Shown here: one piece after another, positions 24,746-38,000 of the stretch
Layout: every line of letters begins with the position of its first letter
Position numbering within the stretch: position 1 is the stretch's first letter
Made by a program: the position numbers and the translations under genes
Source: Vermamoeba vermiformis
Lineage: Eukaryota
Length of the DNA stretch: 64,000 nucleotides
NCBI GenBank assembly: GCA_045837725.1
Contig: JBEWZL010000184.1
Coordinates: forward strand, 248,001-312,000
Direction: 5' to 3'
The notes under the pieces: model-generated
What the model was told of the DNA's origin: nothing
Seen by the model: only the letters and a program-made list of their open reading frames with translations
Databases searched by the model: none

Positions 24746-27700
24746 CTATTTCTTATTATTAGTATTATTGTTGTTATGCATGTTAGGACTCGTAGCACTC
24801 TTACTCGGCTTACTCGATTTAATTTTGTCCTTGTCTTTCACGTTGCCTAAACTCGATTGCTTATGCATCTTTTTGATTTCTTTTTTGTCTTTTTTATGCG
24901 CCTTGTCATCGTGTTCATTATCATCAGCTTTTTTGGCCTCCTTAGTCTCGTCATTATTCTGATTATGACCTTCTTTAGGGTGCGCTAAATTTCGTTTGCT
25001 CGTGCTCGAAAACGAGTGTTTTAACGACTTGTAGAACGATTTCAAAAAGTTTTTGGACTGTTGTCGCTGGATCTGGGCTTTCTTGGCGTGTTCTTCATTC
25101 GTTTCTTCCAATTCTTTTTGCTTAGTATTGCTTACGACGATATTACTCATGTCGCTAAATGACCGCTTTCGTCTTGGCGTCGGAGAATTTTCACTGTCAG
25201 TGCCATTTTCTCCGCTGGTCGCCAAATGATTGGACTCTTCAATCTCTTCTACAGTCGGCTTATTTTGGATAATATCGTCAGTAGTCTTGCTCTTCTTTCG
25301 TTGCAGTAACGGTTTCTCATTGTTATTGTTGTTCACGGATCCTTTGCCGATCTTCGTGACTGATACAGACTTGCTATAATGAGCTCGACCAGGGCTATTA
25401 CCATAAAAGGTAAGTGTCACGTGACTTAATAATCTCCATTTTTAACTTACCTCTTGTCGCTTGCTCGGTCGGTTGAGGGTGACACGCTTTTGACGGAGAG
25501 TGAAATCTTTGTTGGTTCATTCTCTTTGTTAGTATCGACTTGATCTTCTTTTTTCTCGTTTGGCTCTTTCACAATATGGTCTTCTAATCGTGTAACTTTT
25601 TCGGGTTTTTGTTCGGAGCTCTTTGGGCTTTCTAGGGCATGTTCTTCTTTCACAATATGGTCTTCTAGGCGTGAAATGTTTGCACCAGTGGCAGTCTCAG
25701 TATTCTTTTCATCTTGCCTTGTCTCAACGACCTCGCTAGCCTTTGGCTCAGGTTGACCAACCACAGCTGGTTCAACTGCTGCTGTGACACCTTGCTCTTC
25801 TTTGTGAGGGCTCGTGTTGCCAGAGTTCGGACTCGTATTGTTATTGCTGTTCGATTGCTGCGGTGTCTCGTGCCCGTCTCTCACGAACGAGACTGAGCCC
25901 TCGAGTGACTGCGATTCGCTGATTTCATTGAACGAGTTAGTGCGAGACACAACACGATCAAGCTCGCCTGTTCTAACTGATAATCGCATAGGACTGATAA
26001 TACAAAATATACATTAGTTTAATTGATTCATCGTCGATCATTTACACTTTGTCTGGGTACCTTAGCATGTCTCGAGAAGATTTCTGTCGGGTCGGTTCGG
26101 GACTGCTATTTTTGCTTGAGTTACTTGTGAAGCTGTCCACGAGACTAGCCACGGATACTTCCGTCTCAATCCTGCGCACTGGTGACTCAGGCCGGGGCTT
26201 AGTCACTGCACTTTGATTCGCAGCGGCGTTGAATGACGCGACACGTGACAGCACGGGTGAAGACGTTTGGTCGCCCGATTGGCGCTTGGGACTTGTAGCG
26301 GCAATAACGCGTTGGAAGGCTGAAGGCATGCTGCCTGAGCTCGAGTCCGTGCTCGGGACACGTTGGTGCTCTACTTTTTTGGGCCCAGCAGGAGCTTGCT
26401 TTGTGCCTGCTTTTGGCGGTGGACCATGTTTGACACCTGTCTTCGAAGGCGCGGTGCCTGGCTTGAACCCGGCTTTAGGCGGTTGTCCCTTTGCCGAGCC
26501 AATCTTCACGCCACCAGGGTTCTTAGCAACAGGAGCAACAACTTTCGTGGCTCCAGGAGGCGGCGTTGTCACTTGAATGGCCTCAGTGGCTGGCTCTGGC
26601 GTGGGTGTTGGAGTCGGTGTTTGCGCAGGTTTTGTCTCGTCTTTCTCGGGGATGACAGGCACCATAGCACCACTGCGAGGCCGTGACTTTTTAGTAGCTG
26701 GGATTGGCAATGGTGGGGCAGCTGCGTTTAGAATGCCCTTGGCGTTGGCTACAAGCAGACCTTGCGGCGATGATGCTGCACGTGACACAACGGGACTGTG
26801 AGTGACACTGCCGTTGTTGTGCGAGGCTGGTTTGATGGCACTGCCCGTTGAAGTTGTAGAGCCCAGTGAGCCTGTGCGACGAATGTGACGATTGCCGAAC
26901 TCGAGCCTTGACACTTCTGACGACGAGGACGAGTCAGAGGCCTCGGCATCGGATCCTGCATCGGAGTTGTGGTCCAATGCGTGCTCACGAATCTCGTCTT
27001 CTTCTTTGCTAGCGGCTGTTTCGGACACTTCGAGCACGTCAGGCAATGACGGCTGAATAACGGTAGGTTTAATGGCCTTCATCGATGATGACTTGCGTAG
27101 CACTCGTGCAGCGGGCTAAAAATAAATACATTAGTATATATTTAAGGTATATTAATAGGACCGGTATACCTTGTCTTCTTGAGCCATCGTCTTTGATTTT
27201 TTAAGTCCTGCTCGTGATTTTCTTCGAAGTTTTTCAATGACTTTCTGCCTACTTTCAGTCGTTGTAGTGTTGTTGGCTTTTTGCGTGGCAGTCGGAATTT
27301 CAACAGGCTTAGTTGTCGTGTTCGTATTGGTTTGGACTTCGGTCTTAGTGGCATCAGTGTCTTTAGAACTCTTGCTCGGTTGCGATACTTTGACCTTAAA
27401 TAACGTCGATCTATTGTTCTCGTCATCTCTGCCTTCTTTTAACGGGTATTCCGTGCGAGATCTGCGTTGAAATTTCAACTGCTTCTTTCGTGCAAAATTG
27501 TACTTCTGTTGGATAATCGAATTACTACGGAACTTCTTCATATTTTCTTCGAGATTGGCGTTTTTGTTGGAATTTCGCGTCGTCTTTTGTTGTTTCATTT
27601 TTGTCATCAAACTATTGATCGTTGCTTCGTTCAACTGTAGAGCGACTTTTTCATGAACCGCATCGAATCCCCTATACAACGCATTATTAGCCATATATAG

Positions 27701-29463
27701 TAGGTCCCGGGTACTCAACATTAAACCACTATTGGGCTTAAAAATATATAATAGAAAAGTACTTACGTGGCGTCAACTATGGGTCTCAAGCTGGTCGGAG
27801 ATTCCAGGAGTCGAGGCGACGAAGGATTAGCGCCGTGTGATTGGACAGGAGTCAATTGAATTCTCTTGCGTTCTCCCTGCAACAACTCTTTCTCCATCTC
27901 CTTGGCTTTGTGGATCAGCTTGTTCAACTCCCAGATGTGCTTTGACGGTGACTCCGTGAACTCGAGGTCCCTCTATAATATCATAGTTAGAATGCTACTT
28001 GCCTATTATAGGGAAAAGAAATGTCAAATAGATAGTGCTTGACAGTGGCGCACATTTGACACGTGTCAAACTGCGTGTCAACGCCGATAACAAATAAAAT
28101 AATAATTATTCAATGAAAGGGTGAATTATACAGCTATTATAATATTATGCTCACCTGAGTTTCATCCAATTGATCGCGGATCTCGCCCACAAGATCTTTG
28201 GGCAAGTTTGGAGTGGGCAGCTTATTATTAGCACGATGTATTTGATCGATTCTAATGGGATTAGTCTTCTTAACTTTTTCTTCGGGCGATAATTTGCTAA
28301 GATCATCGAGGTCCTTATTTTTGTCTTTCTCCTTATCCTTGTCTTTGGACGACTTTTTGTTACCAGATCTCGATCTGGTTGTCGTAGGCAAATTCGTCAA
28401 ACTATTCTGAGCACTGCCGCTGCCTCCTCTATAAGATCTCTCGAGCTCTTTGTCGCTATTTTTAATAGCAATAACGGCACTAGTGTTGAGAGTCGTGGTC
28501 GCACCACTTTTGCTAAGTTTGGTCGTTGTATCGGTGACGGATGTGCTCATCGAGGTGTCAGAACTGTTCGTAGGACCAGTTATAATAGTAACACTATGAT
28601 CTTTGGCGTATTTTTTGAACGAGAAAATCAACGCTGTCATGAGCTGCGCGTTGCCATCGACAATGTCTACAAAATTTAAATATTAGTAATCAAATATTAG
28701 AATATTAAAGTTTTTATAATTTTGTAGCCTTAAGCTATCCAGAAGTATAGAAGATCCGCCTAAAAATAAAATTTCAATTATTTCTTACCTTCAGGCTCAC
28801 AGCCAGCTGTCTTGATATTAAAATGTTCCAAGCATCTAAATGCGCTTCGTACATTCTCCAGCTGCTCGTCACGAGATTTTGGAAACGGCTGATCACCGTA
28901 CCGAACGGGAGATCTTGTGATTCGGTTAAAATTTAGTTATTCGGCGTTGATATACGCGAGCAATAATATGAATTATAATATGACCATAGCTCAGATACAA
29001 TATATTAAAGGATAAAATGATGGAGAACTTACTTTTTAAATTTGAGTCCTAGCGAATCTACATTCTTGCCGGTGATTATCTGCGAAATATTTATTAATTG
29101 AGCGCATCTTTTAAATGTTGGATAATAAAACGAAGCTCTTCGTTTAAAGTTGAATTTTACGTGCAAAGAAAATATTCAGAATAAATCTATCGCGTTACAC
29201 TTACCTCTATTAAATTAAGCAAAATAACTCCGTCTCGAAGATCTCTTGATAGATCATTCACTACAAAGCGTGAGTTAAAATCTGATCCTTTCATTTTGAA
29301 ATTGCAACAAGAATTCGATATGACACGGCCAAATAACGGCATCAAATTAATAATGATTCTTACCGACGAGACTTCGCTGATTTAATAGTGAATTTAGCCA
29401 AGAAATATAGCCCGGAGCTTTATTTGTTTCCCAAGATCGAGGACTCAAAACAGTCTGAGCCAT
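24746..29463 (-). CDS. Calponin-homology domain protein with long Ser/Thr/Lys/Pro-rich disordered tail
   Basis: VVNDLSRDLRDGVILLNLIE..QLENVRSAFRCL..DIVDGNAQLMTALIFSF is a CH domain; the remainder is low complexity. Confidence 0.8.
28055..28070. promoter_or_regulatory. TTTGACACGTGTCAAA 16-bp palindrome, intronic
   Basis: Extended copy of the recurrent motif, flanked by additional TGACA/TGTCA half-sites. Confidence 0.45.
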
Positions 29464-29840
29464 GCTCGAGCCTTTGGAAGAATAGCCGATATAAATATTA
29501 CGAGGCTATTGGACTCGTGGTGTCGCGTTAAAGGTTCTATTTTGCAGCAAACGAAAATAGTTGAAAGTTGACATTTCGATTGACAGGTGAGAAGGGAGGT
29601 CGAAAATTCAGACCGTTTTTTTTTTCGTATTTTATTGGCTTTATTAGCAAGGTTACCACATTAATGACCAATAAAGGTCGGATATTCAAAGCTAAATCGC
29701 TTTAATCGACAGATCTTGTACTCGATCTTCTACTCGTCAAGATCTTGTTGTTGCTTCTGTTTGGAGAACTGCAAACTTTTAATTTTATAATCAAGAAGTT
29801 AATTAATAGAAAGCCAGGCCATTGCATTAACTTAGAAAAA

Positions 29841-32800
29841 ATGTAGGTCGATCAAGTGACAAGATTTGGGACGGATAATTAACGCTTTGTTATAGGCTAA
29901 ATCAGTGGACAAAAATCTCGATATTTTTTGTGGCTTTGATACTTGCTGCATCCTTGACAAACGGTACGCACAGCGATTTTTAGTCCACTGCAATCTTCAA
30001 TTCGTTATTCTCCTTTTAAATTCGCTTAATACCTGGTCATTTTACCAATTCGCTATTCTAATTTAATATTTTAGCGTGTTTTTCCCCGTTTAATATGACG
30101 ATACCTCGCCCGCAGATGTCGATCGTGGAGGCAAAAGACAATTTCTTCTTCATTGGAGGAGGAACCGAACCTCAGCCAATTATAGACATTTACGATGCCA
30201 AGGCGAACATTTGGAGACCTCAGATCCAGCTGTCGGATCAACTGCGACGATTTGCCGGTGCGACAGTAGATTCGAAAGCAATTTTCATCGGCTCTTATAA
30301 AAATGATACTGATGAACTATTCATATACGATATTGATAGCGAAAAGATATGGCAAATTCCAGTCTCTCATAATTTTTCTGTTATCCCTGATTGGCAAGAC
30401 GAATGGAGATCTATTTCAGTTGGAACCAAAGCGTACTTCGTTAACAGCAATAGAGTGGTTATAGTAGACGTATATACCAACACATCAATGACTATACAAA
30501 GTCTAGCTGGACAAAATCCCAAAGCAACGACGAACGGAACACATCTGATCCTGGCTGGCTATCAATTATCGCTGCTAAATTTGGAAACATTAGAGTGGAC
30601 TAGAGAATCAAGTTTTGGCATTTCCTTACCAATAGCAGTATTTTATATCAATGATACGAGAAGAACACTGATTGTGGTCGATTACAAGAACCTGTACGTG
30701 ACCTCGTTGGATGAGCTTAACGGCCAATCAATAGTGTCACTCAAAGAGTCTGCTAGCGCAGCCAATTTGATAGACGATGCTATTTATCTTGTGGGCCAGA
30801 CCGGAGTTACCGTTGTTTATTACGCTAACGTTGGACGTTCAACACAGTATGACCAAGTTACGAACGTTTTTTATCAGCTCGGAAGCACGGATATTCAAGC
30901 ACATCGGTCGATAGTATACAAAGGATCCATATACTACACTTCAAGAACGCCAGCAGTTTATCGAATGGATCTGCAATGGTTATTTGTCGACATGGATCTG
31001 CAGGTGAACAACGCCACCGACTACGCATTTGCAACAGCTGTCAACGGATACTACCTCTACTTCAACATAGAAGCTTCATCGATCCACTATTATAAACTGT
31101 CAACTGGCCAATTAGGAATCGTCGAACAACGAAATTTCCCGTCATCATTCAGCCAAGACAGCACTGCGTCAATTGGCAACAAGCTTCTCGTGCTAAGATA
31201 TCCAGAGTACGATACTTTCCACTTTGAAAGTGGCTCTTGGAACACATCAGCCTTGCCGTACAATGTGTCGAACTACTTTGCTGTCAGCAACAATGACAAG
31301 TACGGTTTGTTCTACAATGATGCAGATCCGGAATATTTTTACTTGTTCAACGTGGCTCAGAATAACTGGACAAGCATTGACGCGAAGATCAACGGAACTT
31401 ATCTTTTTATCGTGCAAGACAACCTTGTCGTTGTGACAGTCGACGGCCAGTTGAACATTTACGACATTTTGACGCGACAATGGCGTTCACCAGCGTTGGA
31501 GCCAAGTGATATGATAGTAGCGACTCAATACGAAACAAGTATCGTCATAGTTTCAAGAGCTGATTCAACGACAAATCTAGTGATGTATGATGTTTTGCAA
31601 GCCACATCCACCGAAATGAAGGGATTTGTTGGAAAGCTTGGAACAACAGTGGAAACTTATGGAGACTTTATCGTGTTTGCTTATGCAACTGATAACGCGG
31701 AAACTCAGACCATTAGAGTCGCTGTATTCAACGTCAAAATGTTTTCGTGGAACACCGTGGATCTGCCTCCCAACTTTAGCAACAATGGTTTGGTACTCAA
31801 TATTAACAACAACTTAGCGTATTTGGCAAGACCTGAACGCGTTGAAGTCGTTGATTTGGTCACGCTAGCTGTCAGTACAATCTCGGTTCCAATCAACCTT
31901 CCGAGCGAAATCCTGTTTGTTGGCAACAAAGTGGGATTCCTCAGCTACTCTCAACAAACAATATTATTCACTATGTACGATAGTACGATCAAGACGTCAA
32001 CGCAACTTCAATTCGATTTTCGCTATTTCGGAAATGGAAAAAGTCTCCGTCTTACAGACAATTATTTTATCGCTCAGCTACAAGGCAAAATTCAGTTCTT
32101 GGAATTTCCGACCTTATTCAATGCAATGTCAGACGCGAAGATCTTCATTGGCCAATCAGCTAACTTTACTGCGACTCCAAGCGGAAAAATATTTTCTCGC
32201 GCGTACTGGCAAGACAAATATGGAAACAATTTAGGAAATGGATTCACTCTGCCATTGCGCAATGTCTCGCTCAATGACGGAGGCGCGTACACAATCAACA
32301 TCTTCGATCAATGCCAACAACAAATGCAACAAAGTGCTCAGTTAGTGGTCTACGATGCACCGCTCTTCTCGTCTATTCTTAGCGACGTTGTAGTCCTTTG
32401 CAACAGCAGCACGATTGTATCAACGAGCGCGTTTGGCGAACAAGTGCAATATGCGTGGACCATTGACGGTGCGTTGGTCCCCGGCAACTCTTCGCAAGTC
32501 AACATCACAGTCGATAACCTTCGCTGCGAATCAAACCACAAGCTGTGCGCCATTGCGTCGAATCCTTCTGGCTCCTCTCAAATGTGCTCGTTTCTGGAGG
32601 TCTTGTCAGTCGACTCCGTATTCGACGGTCCCCGCCCCTATGTCGAACAAAGCCTATGGTTCTCGGAATCTCAAATCAATCTCCACGTGCAATTGCTCGA
32701 CCCCGAATGCACTAACCACACTTGGCTGATGAACGGTGCTAGTATGGGCGTCTATGGAACTCAGCAAAGTGACATTACAGTGCATATGTCAACCAAGCTT

Positions 32801-34347
32801 GAAGACACCGAGTTCCAAGTAGAAGCATTGTGCATCAACAACGTGATCAGATCTCGCCCTTACAAATTCAAGAACATCACCTCATTGACTCCGTTAGGCC
32901 TTTCGTTGATTGTCATCAGTATTGCTTTAGTCATAGCAGTTCCTATATTAGTTAGTATCGGGTACCGAAGAAGACTCAATCGCAGCAAGAGACAGCAAAT
33001 GGATCTAGAAATGCGTTTGTCACAAGCCAAAACCGAGTCAATTAGAGCAAAAGATAATGTCACAATCCTTCAGCCAACGACTTGGGAGTGGCTCCCGACC
33101 GACGACTACACTTACAAGGCAATCCAGGAGCTGCCATTCAACGTTGACTTTTCAGCACTGAATTTCTCATCAAAGAACGCGGTTGAAGTTGATGTGTTCG
33201 TACAGGGCGACATCGCTTTCAGCTCAAAGAACAGCGGAAAAGGAGTCAAAATGCCGCTCTTGGGCTCCAATCACCACGTTGACATCTACGTCCCGAAATC
33301 TCCCAAGTACGAGATCATCGCCGAGCCGTCCAGTTTTGAAGTCAACTCTAAAGCTCCAGTGCAAGCGACAGTCTCGTCGAAATTAAGAATGACAGCCAGG
33401 TGCAACATCTGCTTGATCGTAGTCTGCGAACAAGATCAGACCTATTCAGCCATCGAATTCAAAATAGAAAGTAAGCCTTCAATGTGGATCGATATCGAAG
33501 AAGTACAAATGACTGAAGAGTTTCTTGGTGGAGGAGGGTAAGCCCGTGAATCTAAAACATTTAAGTAGTCTGACTCGCTAATACTGTTGCTAGATTTGGT
33601 TCTGTGACACGTGGTGTTTATCGTGGCCAAGACGTTGCCGTTAAAAAACTACTTTTGCAAGCAGTCCCCGAAGAGATCATCACAGAGTTCGAGCGCGAAG
33701 TCTCGCTCATGAAGAGCTTGCATCATCCTAATATTGTTCAGTTCGTCGGAGCCTCGAATGTGCAAAACAATCTTTCCATCGTGATCGAGTTTGCGCCACT
33801 TGGAAGTCTCGCCAGTGTGATGAAGAAACAGCGACTCGCACAGAACCTCAAACTTGTCATGCTTATAGAGACCGCCAAGGCACTTCAGTTCTTACACTCG
33901 AACGGAATTGTGCATCGCGACATCAAGCCACAAAATATCCTCGTTTTCTCGTTGGAACCAAAAGCAGCTGTTCATGTCAAACTGACGGACTTCGGCACTG
34001 CAAGATTTGTCCCAGACAACGCTACAAATGTCACGAGAAATATCGGAACATGTGGTTATATGGCACCAGAGTCATTGGGCAAGAAACCCAAAATAGCAAA
34101 GAGTGCGGATGTGTACAGTTTTGCAATCTTGATGTGGGAGGTCCTCTTCGAACGAGTCCCCTTTGAAAGCATGAACTGGCAATCAGATATTGAAGCGCAC
34201 GTGCTATCAGGCGAGAGATTGCCGTTCCCAACCTCGCCGCGCGTACAACCAGAGATCATACAATTGATCGAGGAATGCTGGCACCAAGACCCGTCAAAAA
34301 GACCCACAATCACTTCTGTTGCTCAACGAATAGCTGCCATTCTGTAG
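29841..34347 (+). CDS. Single-pass transmembrane TKL-group receptor kinase with Kelch-like propeller and Ig-like ectodomain
   Basis: Spliced signal peptide MLNQWTKISIFFVALILAASLTNA; TM segment LGLSLIVISIALVIAVPILVSIGY; kinase motifs LGGGG|FG, VAVK, HRDIKPQN, DFG and YMAPE. Confidence 0.9.
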
Positions 34348-35081
34348 AATATGTGTTTGTGTTCTGCTGGATGGTCTGAATTGACCTCATACCAAAGTGG
34401 AATAATTTTGACACTTGATGCAGGGCGGGTTGGAAGCACTCATTACAGCTAGCTGCTCTCTCGATTTTTATGTACGGACTCTATCTGAAGTTGTGGCTCG
34501 CATTGAATTAAACGCTTGCGTTTCTAATTAGGCTGGCGTGCTGCCAAAATATCGCGATTTGTTTGTCCCATTAACCCAAAACCAAAGCACAACACCACCA
34601 TGCACGTTAGATAAGAACGAAACATGACCGTTGGAAAAGCAGAATGAGAACTGATCAGCACGTGTATTCGTTACGCGTGTTGGATTCTAGTAAGCAGATG
34701 CAATCTTTTAACAATGCATACCTTATATGTATAATTTAGAACAATTAATTACAATTTTGATTTACTTACAAATGTGCCGCTATTGATTTGAACATGGTTC
34801 TTTCGCGAGGATGTGATAAATTATTTTATAAACAAAAATTAGTAGCGCGCTTCAATTCATCACTTCTTGCACCTCAATGAGGAAATTTAATTAAACATTT
34901 AACCCGAGATTAAATCTCCGGTGCGTATGTTCTAAATTTATTGCGCGCACCGGTATGCCTGATTGTGATTGATTTCGATTCTTTGACGAAGTTTTTTCCA
35001 ATAATTTATTGCGTCGAATTCGCACTCATTTTCAATTACATTACAACGAAGCAACCACACGTCGATTCGTAGGACAAAGGC

Positions 35082-38000
35082 ATGTAAATGCATCACCAGT
35101 TTCTAACCTTTACTGACACTTCTATCATTAGGATGCAGCTCAATAAGGTACAGTTGAGCTCCGTTCTTTTAATTTGTATATTATGTATCGTACCAGTGCA
35201 GCCATTTAACTGCGCGACAGGTGAGTAAACCGCAACCACCACTTATTCCTGACTAATACCAAATCAGACACGTATTCTGGGGGACCCTATTCCTTCCATT
35301 CTATTGACAGCACCGTCCTCTCGCTTATCCCTACGCTGTTTCCTGAAAGCACGACTCCTAACGCAGCACTTGTAGATCCAAATGTTGACGTTGTGGTGAC
35401 GTTCACTTCAGTACGTATCGGTTAATATTGTTAGTATAATCATGCATCCAGTCTCATTAATTTCGTCATTACAGAAAGCTACGATGAATATAACGTACCT
35501 CTACGAAGGAGCAGGTTATGTGAACCAAGTCGGGTAATTAACTAACATTGCGGCACATACGATTCAATCAAGTAAATTGACACTTGACCTCGGTATCAGG
35601 TACTACCTCGTCAACCCTACGACCTTGGCGGCATATAACAAGACAATCATCTTCCCTGCGGTTCGTAACATTTCGAAGGGCGGTTGTAATACACCGGGAG
35701 ACACGGTCTCAATCGGCCCATTCGCCGCAGGTATGAAACTGCGCTCGCAGCAAATGCTGATCATCATTTAATCGGTTCTTGCAGGCACCATATTGGGCTT
35801 CTTCGTCAATTCAGACGGCTACGAGGTCAATCCTTACTACACGTTCTGGAGTTACAACACTAGCAAGATTGTCAATCCGGACGGCTACAAACACACTGCA
35901 TGGGCTCGTGTCAATGGTGTAGTCATGATGGGCTTTGAGGACTTGTATGGTCTCGGTGACAAGGTATGTAACGCGAACACACTATTCCGGATGTGAGTCA
36001 AATTAATCATGTTTATTTTAGGACTATAATGATGCTATGATTACTTGGGCCGTTGATGGTAACTACACCGCGGCAGTCCCTGATTACTCCGGTGGTTACG
36101 TCCAAACTTGCGAGAGTACATCCATTTTCAGCTATGTTCAATACAACTGTTTGCAATACGCCGTGCTTCAAGGTCTTACCTCTACTTCTTGCGTGTCATA
36201 CATTGGCGTTCCTAGTGGCTGGTCTATTGCCGACAATACTGTTGCTTCCCGCACTGCCCTCAAAACTTACGCTTCGAGTTTGTTCACCAGCGGAGTTACA
36301 TGCATTCTCTTCTCTGACGGAACTGGCTTAGACGTCTCTGGCAATACCTGCAGTGCCACTATCTCTACTTACAACTCAACTTGCTACGCTGTTGATTGCA
36401 GCTACCGTCTCCTGTTGGTCGGATCTGCTATTGCTGGCTGCACATCCACAACCAGCACGTGCACAGCCTCAGTTGCTTCATCTATCTTGTACCAGACTCC
36501 AACTACCAAGTCCTCTACCGATAGACTCTATCCCTCCGAGTATGCTACCTACTTCAATCCGACTGCTACTTCCACCCCATTGAAAGTGAACTTCACTTTG
36601 ACTAACAAGAGCCCTCTTGTTGACGTCATGATCGTGCTCGACTTGTTAGGCATGACTAGCAACACTGTCGATCAAGTCAAGAACTACGCCAAGACCTTCT
36701 TCAACTCGCTTACCAATGCTGGATACAGCGCTCAAGTCGGCTTAGCCACCTTCACTACCTCAGGTTCTACTCATAGTGAGAGCTACTACTCTTATCTCAC
36801 GTCGTCATCTTCGACTCTTTCATCCAACATCAACAGTTTGACTTGGACATCCACATCCACTTCGACTAGCCCGTCCCTTAGTCTTCAAGCTATCGCTTCT
36901 GTAATGCAAAACTCAAACGTTGGTTGGAGAACAGGTGCCTTCAGCTCCGTTATGATCATCACTTCTCAATCGTACAGCACTTATCAAGACTTGTCTTCCC
37001 TCAGTATTAGCACCGGTGTCGTGCCTCTGTTCCTCGTCTTGAACACTAACAACGACAAGACTGCCTACAATTCCTACTCATCTTTGGCATCTGCTCTGCC
37101 TTTGTCATATGCCAGCTTCATTTCTTCGCCGACTGCTTGGTACTCGACCGGCCCAACCTTGGTTGCATCCATGGTTACGTCAGTGGTTGCTCGTCCTTTA
37201 AGTGACTCTTACGGCTTCTTGACTGCCACCGCCTCATCTACCTTGAGCGTCGGAAGCTCAACCGTACTCTACTTCACCGCTACATACCCTGCTAGCTTGA
37301 CTGCCTCTTCTGTCTCATGGCCTGTCACAGCTACTGTCCGATTGTTTGGCTACGCGAGCCCAATCCTTATCATCTCAGCCAACACTCCTCCTACCTTGAC
37401 CTCGATCGGCACAGTCTCCGTAGCTGAGAACTCGAACACTACCATTACTTTGAAGGCCTCTGATGCTGAAGGCAACACCCTCTCGATCTTGTTCACGTCT
37501 GTCACGCACGGTTCATTGTACACGACCAGCGGCGCTGCTGTCTCACTCAACACTGCTTACAGCTCCTTCTCAGTCGTCTACGTTCCTACTACCAACTACT
37601 ACGGCGCTGCTAGCATCGGGTACAGTGTGACTGATGGATGTGCAACGACTTCTGGCACTGTGACTCTCAACGTGACCTTCGTCAACCAACCGCCTGTCGC
37701 CAAAGACTTCACTTTCACAATCTCAGAGAATGAAGCCACTTTGTCAAAGCAACTTATTAACTTCACGAACTACATCTCTGACGTTGAGGATGCCACTTCG
37801 AAGTTGACCGTGAAGATCTTGACCATTCCTACTTCCTTGGGCACTTTGCAATACACGTCTGACGGCAGCACTTACAAGAGCGTCTCTTCTCTTACCACCT
37901 TGCCTGGCTTGATCGTCCGCTTCATACCGACATCTTATCAATACGGCACTGTGACTTTTACCTACTCCGTGACTGACACGAATGGAGCTACTTCCAACAC

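Noticed and set aside
25560-25675. Duplicated RLEDHIVKE peptide
   Set aside because: A local intragenic duplication in a disordered tail, not an array or mobile element.
26229-26801. Long antisense and alternative-frame ORFs over large exons (also around 37350-40818 and 61209-62311)
   Set aside because: Shadow ORFs caused by the codon bias of the real genes.
34917-34953. 9-bp inverted repeat upstream of the Sib-like gene
   Set aside because: Short, with a long loop; compatible with chance.
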